Part shown: positions 56,921-64,000 of the stretch, piece by piece
Layout: every line of letters begins with the position of its first letter
Numbering within the stretch: the first letter of the stretch is position 1
NCBI GenBank assembly: GCA_965215365.1
Contig: CBDCDS010000003.1
Span: forward strand, 1,792,001 to 1,856,000
Direction: 5' to 3'
From: Gammaproteobacteria bacterium
Lineage (GTDB): Bacteria; Pseudomonadota; Gammaproteobacteria; Eutrophobiales; Eutrophobiaceae
Length of the DNA: 64,000 nucleotides
Translations under genes and position numbers: made by a program
The notes under the pieces: model-generated
Seen by the model: only the letters and a program-made list of their open reading frames with translations
Told to the model about the DNA's origin: nothing
Database searches by the model: none

Positions 56921-58015
56921 ATGCCTCCCAGCCAACGCTATCAGTCCGAGCTTGACCGGGGGCGGCTCAGTCCCGATGCGGCGCAGGCGGCGGCCGTGGC
57001 GCGGATGCAGTCATTGTACGATGAGCTGGTGGCTGCACAATCGCAAAGCCGCAGCCGCCGGTTGCTGGCCCGGCTGGCCGGGCGGGCGGGGCAGCCGCTG
57101 ACGGGTCTCTACCTGTGGGGCAGCGTTGGCAGTGGCAAGACCTGTCTGGTGGACCTGTTGTATGAGTGCCTGCCGTTCGATAACAAGTTGCGGGTACATT
57201 TTCACCGCTATATGCAGTGGGTGCACGCGGAATTGAAGCAGCTTGCCGGGGTGAAGGCACCACTCAAGCGAGTGGCGCGCAAACTGGCCGGTAATGCCGC
57301 AGTACTTTGTCTTGATGAGTTCCATGTCGCCGACATTACCGATGCGATGCTGCTCAGCGGCCTGTTGCAGGAGCTGTTCAGTCTGAACGTGACCCTTATC
57401 ACCACGTCCAACGAACATCCTGACAAGCTGTATTGGAACGGGCTGCAAAGGGAACGTTTATTGCCGGCGATCGAGTTACTCAAGCAGCGCACGCACGTGC
57501 TGAACCTCGATACCGGCACGGATTACCGCTTGCGTTACCTAGATCAGGCTCGGGTCTATCACTGTCCGGCAGATGCCGCTAGCGCGCAAAAACTGGCGCA
57601 GAGCTTTGCCAGAATTGCCTCCGGGTCGGTTGCAACCGACACTGTGGTTGCGAGCGCAGGTCGGGAACTCAAGTGCAAGCGCGTAGCGTCTGGCGTGGTC
57701 TGGTTCGACTTCACCGAACTCTGCGACGGCCCTCGGGGTGTGGCCGATTACATCGAGCTCGCCCGGCAGTTTCAAACGGTGCTGGTGGAAGGCATTCCCC
57801 GTCTGGGCGATACGGATAATGACCGCGCAAAACGCTTTATTACCATGGTGGACGAATTCTATGATCGTAACGTCAAATTGATCATAAGCGCCCAGGCACA
57901 GGCGCCGGCGTTATACCGGGGGCAACGGCTGGCGCGGCAATTTGCGCGCACCGCCAGCCGGCTGATTGAAATGCAGTCGCACGAGTACCTGGGTCGTCCG
58001 CACTTGTGTGGCTGA
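56921..58015 (+). CDS. zapE: Cell division ATPase ZapE (AFG1 family)
   Basis: GLYLWGSVGSGKT, RVHFHRYM, DEFHVADITDAM, RFITMVDEFYD, RTASRLIEMQS. Confidence 0.95.
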   Translation: MPPSQRYQSELDRGRLSPDAAQAAAVARMQSLYDELVAAQSQSRSRRLLARLAGRAGQPLTGLYLWGSVGSGKTCLVDLLYECLPFDNKLRVHFHRYMQWVHAELKQLAGVKAPLKRVARKLAGNAAVLCLDEFHVADITDAMLLSGLLQELFSLNVTLITTSNEHPDKLYWNGLQRERLLPAIELLKQRTHVLNLDTGTDYRLRYLDQARVYHCPADAASAQKLAQSFARIASGSVATDTVVASAGRELKCKRVASGVVWFDFTELCDGPRGVADYIELARQFQTVLVEGIPRLGDTDNDRAKRFITMVDEFYDRNVKLIISAQAQAPALYRGQRLARQFARTASRLIEMQSHEYLGRPHLCG

Positions 58016-58167
58016 CAGCACCTTTCCCACCATGTATGATAGCATGAGGGCACCTCTCACAAACACGAGGTGCCCGTGCAGCACAGGGACGTGCTGCCAG
58101 TAACGGCAAGCACGTAAGTGCTTAAAAATGAAGGAAATGAAAAATCATACTTTTTCATTTCCGTCTC

Positions 58168-58274
58168 ACAAATCCGCCCGGAGCGGATTTGGACGTCCGC
58201 AGGACGCCCGCAGGGGGCGTCCCAAGGATGGGACGCATCACAAAATACCACGGAGGGTATTTTTAGAGGTTACC
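58168..58274 (+). repeat. Four-hairpin module joined to CCTCTAAAAATACC-family palindrome
   Basis: ACAAATCCGC-CCGGA-GCGGATTTG...GCCCGCAGGG...GGGACGC (58168-58236) then AAAATACCACGGAGGGTATTTTTAGAGGTTACC. Confidence 0.8.
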
Positions 58275-58313
58275 ATGAGTTCAGGTGGAGGCGATAAATA
58301 ACAAGCCGAGGAG

Positions 58314-60374
58314 GTGTCATTGGTGTCCTATACAACTGAAGATATCCGTAATATTGCTATCACCGGCCAGAGTGGCGCGGGTAAAACGACACTGGTGGAG
58401 GCATTGCTGCATCAGGCCGGCGCCATCAATCAGGTCGGAACGGTGGCGCAGGGGACGACAGTCTGCGATTTTGACCCGCAGGAAAAGAGCCACCAGCATT
58501 CATTGGACAGCGCCGTAGTGAGCCTGACCCATGACGGCCGCCATGTGAACCTGATCGACACGCCCGGCTACCCCGACTTTATCGGCCGCGCCTTGTCGGC
58601 GCTGCCGGCGGTGGAAACCTGCGCGGTCGTCATCAATGCCCAGTCCGGGGTAGAGCTGGTGACGCGCAAGATGATGGAACAGGCGGCAGCGCGGGGCATG
58701 GAGCGCCTGCTGATCGTTAATCGGATCGATGCCGATGAGGTGGACCTCGAAGACATCTTACAGCAACTCAAAGATACCTACGGCAGCGCCTGCCTGCCCT
58801 TGAACCTGCCGGCTGAGGGTGGCAAGGCGGTGATAGATTGCTTTTTTCAGGCCACGGGTGGCGCCACCGACTTTCTCTCCGTGGCGGAGGCGCACGTCAA
58901 CATCATTGATCAGGTAGTGGAACTTGATGAGGAACTGATGGAGCAATACCTGGAAGGAGCGGATATCAGCCCGGAACAACTGCATGAACCGTTTGAGCAG
59001 GCGTTACGCGAAGGTCATCTCATTCCGATTTGCTTTGTTTCTGCGGAAACCGGCGCCGGCCTGCGCGAATTGTTGGATGTGTTCGCCCGACTGATGCCGA
59101 ATCCGGGTGAAGGCAACCCGCCTCCCGTGTTCAAGGGCGAGGGCGAGACGGCGGCGCCTCTGGCAATTTCCCCGGACCCGGATGGGCACGTGATTGCTCA
59201 TGTGTTCAAGGTCAACATCGATCCGTTTGTCGGCAAGTTGGGCCTGTTCAGGATTCACCAGGGGACCATCACTAAAGACAGTCAGTTATATATCGACGAC
59301 AACCGCAAGCCGTTCAAGGTGGGACACCTGCTGCAACTGCAAGGCAAGGAGCATAAGGAAATCGACCGCGGCGTGCCCGGTGATATCTGCGGCGTTGCCA
59401 AAATTGACGACATTCGTTTCGATGCGTTGCTGCACGATTCCCATGATGAAGACCAGGTGCGCCTGCAAGCCGTGACTCTACCAGCCCCCATGTACGGGCT
59501 GGCGATACAAGCGCAGAGCAGGGGCGACGAGCAGAAAATCTCCGATGCCTTGCGCAAGCTGGAAGCGGAAGATCAGAGCTTTTTAATGGAGCACAATGCC
59601 AGCACCAACGAAACCGTGATTCGGGGCATGGGAGAACTGCATCTGCGCGTTATACTGGAGAAGCTGAAAGACCGCTATCACGTCGAGGTCACCACCCGAC
59701 CGCCGAAGATAGCCTACAAGGAAACCATCAGCGCCAGGGCGGAGGGTCATCATCGGCATAAGAAACAGACCGGCGGTGCCGGCCAGTTCGGTGAAGTGTT
59801 CCTGAAAGTTGAACCGTTGGCCCGCGGCGCGGGGTTTGAGTTTGTGGACGCGGTGGTCGGGGGCGTGATCCCCAAACCCCTGATCCCGGCAGTGGAAAAG
59901 GGTATCAGACAGGCGCTGGACGAGGGCGCTTTGTCCGGCAACCCCATGCAGGATCTCAGAGTGACGGTGTATGACGGCAAGCATCACCCGGTCGATTCCA
60001 AGGAAGTGGCATTCATTGCCGCCGGCAAGAAGGCGTTTTTAGAAGCGTTTCACAAGGCCCGGCCGGTGGTGCTGGAGCCGCTCGTGGATATCCATGTCAC
60101 CGCGCCCAATGCCGCCATGGGCGATATCAATGCGGACATCTCCGGCAAGCGCGGGCGTATCAGCAATACCCTGTCCCTGGCCGGCGGCCTGTCCACCATT
60201 ACTGCCACCGTGCCGCTGAGTGAACTGGACAACTACCAGTCGCAACTGAAGTCCATGACTGGCGGCGCCGGCTCCTATTCGCTCAGCTTCAGCCACTATG
60301 ACCCGGTCCCGGCCAAGACCCAGAAAGAATTGATCGCAGCCTACAAGCCTAGTACTCTTTCCATTGAATTCTGA
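58314..60374 (+). CDS. Elongation factor G paralogue (EF-G II type)
   Basis: IRNIAITGQSGAGKTT, NLIDTPGY, GMGELHL, HKKQTGGAGQFGEV, DGKHHPVDSKE; stand-alone, not in an rpsL-rpsG operon. Confidence 0.92.
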   Translation: MSLVSYTTEDIRNIAITGQSGAGKTTLVEALLHQAGAINQVGTVAQGTTVCDFDPQEKSHQHSLDSAVVSLTHDGRHVNLIDTPGYPDFIGRALSALPAVETCAVVINAQSGVELVTRKMMEQAAARGMERLLIVNRIDADEVDLEDILQQLKDTYGSACLPLNLPAEGGKAVIDCFFQATGGATDFLSVAEAHVNIIDQVVELDEELMEQYLEGADISPEQLHEPFEQALREGHLIPICFVSAETGAGLRELLDVFARLMPNPGEGNPPPVFKGEGETAAPLAISPDPDGHVIAHVFKVNIDPFVGKLGLFRIHQGTITKDSQLYIDDNRKPFKVGHLLQLQGKEHKEIDRGVPGDICGVAKIDDIRFDALLHDSHDEDQVRLQAVTLPAPMYGLAIQAQSRGDEQKISDALRKLEAEDQSFLMEHNASTNETVIRGMGELHLRVILEKLKDRYHVEVTTRPPKIAYKETISARAEGHHRHKKQTGGAGQFGEVFLKVEPLARGAGFEFVDAVVGGVIPKPLIPAVEKGIRQALDEGALSGNPMQDLRVTVYDGKHHPVDSKEVAFIAAGKKAFLEAFHKARPVVLEPLVDIHVTAPNAAMGDINADISGKRGRISNTLSLAGGLSTITATVPLSELDNYQSQLKSMTGGAGSYSLSFSHYDPVPAKTQKELIAAYKPSTLSIEF

Positions 60375-60509
60375 CCGGTTCAGAGCTCACCTGCGCCGCC
60401 AAGACAAGGCGCAGCCCGCAGGGAATGGCGCGCCATTCCCTGCGCGGCGTGCCTTGCGTGCAACCGCTTCCCGACCCGCTGAACCGGTCAGAATTCAATG
60501 GAAAGAGTA
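60353..60509. mobile_element. 157-bp MITE inserted in the 3' end of the EF-G paralogue
   Basis: 31-bp perfect TIR TACTCTTTCCATTGAATTCTGACCGGTTCAG; flanks CTAG (60349-60352) and CCAG (60510-60513). Confidence 0.88.
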
Positions 60510-60649
60510 CCAGGGATGATGAGGACTGAGTTTGAGCGGCATCTTTATAGCTATAAGTCATATAGATAGTCAAATTAAGCACTTTTCTTCATAAGCCTGC
60601 TCTGTTACCCTTGCCAGCCTTTTGTCATCTCAGGGCTGTTTGCAGCGTT

Positions 60650-62332
60650 ATGTACCAGTATGACCAATACGACCAGCAGATTGTAAACGAGCGGGTTGCT
60701 CAGTTTCGCGAGCAGACGCGACGCTATCTGGCCGGTAAACTCAGTGAAGACGAGTACCGCCCGTTACGGCTGATGAACGGTTTGTATATCCAGCGGCATG
60801 CGCCCATGTTGCGCGTGTCCATTCCCTATGGTCTGCTGTCTTCCACGCAGTTGCGTATGTTGGCTTATATTGCCGAGACCTACGATAAGGGCTACGGTCA
60901 TTTCAGCACCCGCCAGAATATCCAGTTCAACTGGCCGCGGCTGGAAACCGTGCCTGATATCCTGGCAGACCTGGCCAGTGTGCAGATGCATGCGATCCAG
61001 ACCAGTGGCAACTGCATTCGTAACATTACTTCCGACCACTTTGCCGGCATTGCCGAGGATGAGCGGGAAGACCCGCGCCCGTATTGTGAAATTATCCGTC
61101 AGTGGTCCACCTTCCATCCGGAATTTTCCTTCCTGCCGCGCAAATTCAAAATTGCGATTTCCGGTTCGCAGAACGACCGTGCCGCAGTGCAGATACATGA
61201 TATCGGCATCTATCTGGTGCCCAACGAAGCTGGCGCAATCGGTTGCCGGATACTGGTGGGCGGCGGGCTGGGGCGCACCCCGTATCTGGGCGTGTGTATC
61301 CGGGAATACCTGGAGAAAAAACACCTGTTGTCCTACCTCGAAGCCATCTTGCGGGTTTACAATCAGTTGGGACGGCGTGACAACATACACAAGGCCCGCA
61401 TCAAGATCCTGCTCAACGCGGTGGGCGCTGAGACTTTCACGGCCATGGTGGAAACGGAATGGGAACACCTCAAGGATAGCGCGCTGTTGCTGGATCAGGC
61501 GGAGATAGATCGGGTCAGCGCCTTCTTCACAGCCCCGGAATTTGATCCTGACGCCGCCGAAGATGCCACGTTCGCCAGACGCCTGACGCTGCAAAAAAAT
61601 TTCAATCTGTGGGTGCAGCGCAACGTCAAGGCGCACAAGGCACCCGGTTATCGCGCCGTGTGTATATCGCTGAAACACCCCGAGGTGGCACCGGGTGATG
61701 CGACCCATACCCAGATGAATTACATCGCCGAACTCGCGGACCGGTTCAGCCATGCGGAAATACGGGTGACCCATGACCAGAATCTGGTGCTGCCCCATGT
61801 CCGGCAGGCTGATCTGTATCCGCTCTGGAATGCCTTGCAGAAGGAACGTCTGGCTACCCCCAACATCGGTTTGTTGACCGACCTGATTTGCTGCCCCGGC
61901 CTGGATTTCTGCAATCTGGCGAATGCCGGGTCCATCGACGTGGCCAGCCAGATCAATGCCCGCTTTACAGAACTGGATTACCTGCATGACATAGGCGATT
62001 TCCAGATCAAGATGTCCGGTTGCATGAACGCCTGTGGCCATCACCACGTGGGTCATATCGGCATTCTGGGCGTGGACAAAAAGGGCGAGGAATTCTATCA
62101 ACTCACCCTGGGCGGTTCTGCCGGTAGCAATGCCCGCTTAGGTGATCGTCTGGGGCCAGCCATCGCCAAGCAGGATGTGGCCGAGACTATCGACAGTATC
62201 CTGCAGGTTTATCTTGAACAACGCGAAGGGGATGAGCAGTTCCTGGACACTTACCTGCGCGTGGGCTTAAAACCGTTCAAGCAACGGGTCTATAAGCCGC
62301 TGACGGAGCGGGCAGCAGTTGCGGGTTATTAA
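60650..62332 (+). CDS. cysI: Nitrite/sulfite reductase hemoprotein (Pseudomonas CysI type)
   Basis: MYQYDQYDQ start, HFSTRQNIQ, QTSGNCIRN, FLPRKFKIA, CCPGLDFC..., SGCMNACGHHH; followed by DUF934. Confidence 0.88.
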   Translation: MYQYDQYDQQIVNERVAQFREQTRRYLAGKLSEDEYRPLRLMNGLYIQRHAPMLRVSIPYGLLSSTQLRMLAYIAETYDKGYGHFSTRQNIQFNWPRLETVPDILADLASVQMHAIQTSGNCIRNITSDHFAGIAEDEREDPRPYCEIIRQWSTFHPEFSFLPRKFKIAISGSQNDRAAVQIHDIGIYLVPNEAGAIGCRILVGGGLGRTPYLGVCIREYLEKKHLLSYLEAILRVYNQLGRRDNIHKARIKILLNAVGAETFTAMVETEWEHLKDSALLLDQAEIDRVSAFFTAPEFDPDAAEDATFARRLTLQKNFNLWVQRNVKAHKAPGYRAVCISLKHPEVAPGDATHTQMNYIAELADRFSHAEIRVTHDQNLVLPHVRQADLYPLWNALQKERLATPNIGLLTDLICCPGLDFCNLANAGSIDVASQINARFTELDYLHDIGDFQIKMSGCMNACGHHHVGHIGILGVDKKGEEFYQLTLGGSAGSNARLGDRLGPAIAKQDVAETIDSILQVYLEQREGDEQFLDTYLRVGLKPFKQRVYKPLTERAAVAGY

Positions 62333-62825
62333 GCAGGGCACAGTGCTGGAGGATGCCTGGCAACGCCTCCCGACACCGGCACCGGCACTGCCGTTGCCGG
62401 CGGGCGACTGGATTGTACCGCTGGATTACTGGGGGTGTCACAGGGAACAGCTGGGCGCACATAACGGGCGGGTTGCTGTTTGTCTGAATGGCGCCGACAA
62501 GCTGGATGACTTGTTGCAAGTTCTCGATACGTTTGACCTGATCGCGTTGGAATTCCCGAAGTTTACCGACGGGCGCGGTTACAGCCACGCGCGCCTGTTA
62601 CGCACGCGTCATGGTTACCGGGGAGAACTGCGCGCAGTGGGTGAGGTGTTGCAGGACCAGTTGTTCTTCATGCAGCGCTGCGGCATAGACTCCTTTGAAC
62701 TGGCGCATGGCAAGGATGCAGACGAGGTGCTGCAAGGGTTATCGGGCTTCAGCGTGAAATACCAAAGCAGCACGGACGGCGCGCCGCCCATCTACCAGCT
62801 CAGGAGAAAACAAGGCCGCCTCTGA
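62319..62825 (+). CDS. DUF934 protein (sulfite reduction associated)
   Basis: IALEFPKFTDGRGYSHARLLR, ELRAVGEVLQDQLFFMQRCG. Confidence 0.92.
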   Translation: MRVIKQGTVLEDAWQRLPTPAPALPLPAGDWIVPLDYWGCHREQLGAHNGRVAVCLNGADKLDDLLQVLDTFDLIALEFPKFTDGRGYSHARLLRTRHGYRGELRAVGEVLQDQLFFMQRCGIDSFELAHGKDADEVLQGLSGFSVKYQSSTDGAPPIYQLRRKQGRL

Positions 62826-62854
62826 AAACCAGAGGTTCCCAAAAATAAAACCGC

Positions 62855-63196
62855 TCAGCTCTTGAGCGAGTTGAGTCCGGTTTCCAGATCGGCGTGGATG
62901 GTGAACAGATTCATCAAACCGCTGATCTCGAATATTTTCATGATGTTCTCGTTCAGCGAGCACACCGAGAACGAGCCCGAGCTCTTGGCAAAACTTTTTG
63001 TGGCGAAGATGAGCACGCGCAAGCCAGCACTGGAAATGTAGTTCACGTCGACAAAGTTGATAATCATGTCGCTGCAACCGTTTTTAATTTCTTCCATGAC
63101 TTTGTCATGCACCTGCCCGGAATTGGTTGCGTCAACCCGACCTTTCAGATTAAGGATGACAATATCATCCTGCCTGACTGTTTCTATATCGCTCAT
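62855..63196 (-). CDS. STAS anti-sigma factor antagonist (RsbV/SpoIIAA-like)
   Basis: GRVDATNS, VNYISSAGLRVL, IFEISG; start MSDIET chosen. Confidence 0.92.
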   Translation of the reverse strand: MSDIETVRQDDIVILNLKGRVDATNSGQVHDKVMEEIKNGCSDMIINFVDVNYISSAGLRVLIFATKSFAKSSGSFSVCSLNENIMKIFEISGLMNLFTIHADLETGLNSLKS

Positions 63197-63380
63197 TATT
63201 TGCTCTCCAGCTGTGGTTACTGGCTCTCGTCCAGACAATTACGCGTTACAGCGTATTGTAATTTACTTGCAGATATTATACAATACCTTCAGAAGTGGTA
63301 AAGCGGTTTAATATTTTCGATCTGCAGGTCGCTTCTGAAAACTGCAGGTGACCTGAGTATCTTACCCGGTGTGCAGCGTG

Positions 63381-63869
63381 ATGAAAACAACTGAACAGAC
63401 CCAAAAATGGGTGTTGACCGATGTTTCCGGCCTGACTGATTTTTCCGCCGACTTCAGGAACTACTGTGAAGAGAAGCAGCTCGATGATGGGAAAATTTTT
63501 GAACTGGAGCTGTCGCTCGAGGAACTCATAGTCAATTCCTTTACGCACGGTTACAAGAATCGTGGAGCTGGCACCGTTACCGTTGAAGTGGAAGATACCG
63601 GCCCTGAGATAAAGATCAGCCTGCAAGACCAGGCCCCGCCGTTTGATCTGGTCAGGCAGGCACCGGCGCCGCGGCTTGGAGGAGAAGACGGACAACCGGA
63701 ACCCGGGGACGAAGCGGAGGCCGCGCCGGACCTGGAGGCAGAGGCGGGAGAAAACGAGGAAAAAGTAGGTGGGTTGGGCATACACCTGGTAAAAAGCCTC
63801 AATGACCGGGTTGAGTATTATGGTTCCAAGGATGGCAACATCGTGGTGATTATCAAGTCAAAGTCGTAA
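63381..63869 (+). CDS. Anti-sigma factor Ser kinase (RsbW/SpoIIAB-like HATPase)
   Basis: LSLEELIVNSFTHGY, LQDQAPPFD, GGLGIHLVKSLND. Confidence 0.9.
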   Translation: MKTTEQTQKWVLTDVSGLTDFSADFRNYCEEKQLDDGKIFELELSLEELIVNSFTHGYKNRGAGTVTVEVEDTGPEIKISLQDQAPPFDLVRQAPAPRLGGEDGQPEPGDEAEAAPDLEAEAGENEEKVGGLGIHLVKSLNDRVEYYGSKDGNIVVIIKSKS

Positions 63870-63870
63870 C

Positions 63871-63927
63871 TTTCAGGAACTCCTGAAATTTAGGGAACCT
63901 CTAAAAATACCCTCCGTGGTATTTTTA
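63871..63927. terminator. Hairpin plus CCTCTAAAAATACC-family palindrome between convergent genes
   Basis: TTTCAGGA-AC-TCCTGAAA (63871-63888); AACCTCTAAAAATACCCTCCGTGGTATTTTTA (63896-63927). Confidence 0.6.
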
Positions 63928-63934
63928 CAGCCCG

Positions 63935-64000
63935 TTATTTCCCCGTGTACTGAAAGGACAGGATGGTAATGTCGTCGAACTGTTCGGCCCGGCCGATGAA
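63935..64000 (-). CDS. C-terminus of a SpoIIE/RsbU PP2C phosphatase (rest outside window)
   Basis: Minus strand reads FIGRAEQFDDITILSFQYTGK-stop; DDIT motif; next to RsbV/RsbW-like genes. Confidence 0.82.
   Translation of the reverse strand, partial: FIGRAEQFDDITILSFQYTGK

Noticed and set aside
60764-62101. Long antisense ORFs (also 52963..53976, 42195..43325, 39302..40156)
   Set aside because: Shadow frames of GC-rich genes with no recognisable motifs

Overview
Chromosomal window of a GC-rich gammaproteobacterium; a host-associated lifestyle (e.g. marine invertebrate symbiont) is only an inference from the gene erosion, repeats and TPR/FGE content. Two conserved backbone blocks (ftsK-lolA-rarA-serS; hflXKC-DUF2065-hisZ-purA-tRNA-Leu-rnr-rlmB, then zapE, EF-G paralogue, cysI-like, Rsb-type partner switch) enclose accessory DNA. 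This includes a TonB receptor and NCS2 purine permease, pntAB, an intact IS with 5-bp TSD, an ATP-grasp/NTP-transferase pair and two TA modules with dead toxins. A ManC + polyprenol-P-mannose synthase/GtrA + TMTC-like TPR glycosyltransferase trio looks like a complete bacterial protein mannosylation pathway. Next to tRNA-Ser (followed by 174-bp tandem repeats) lies a ~21 kb island: four SxtT/NdmA-like Rieske oxygenases, AraC, MFS, a TonB receptor split by an IS66 element carrying a DNA adenine methyltransferase, a Type ISP-like RM gene split by an IS1634-derived mini-element, orphan tupA, and a PrnB-like/amino-acid symporter pair. Several MITE/structured-repeat families are present, two of which alter protein termini. 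All family assignments are from motif recognition by eye, without database searches.
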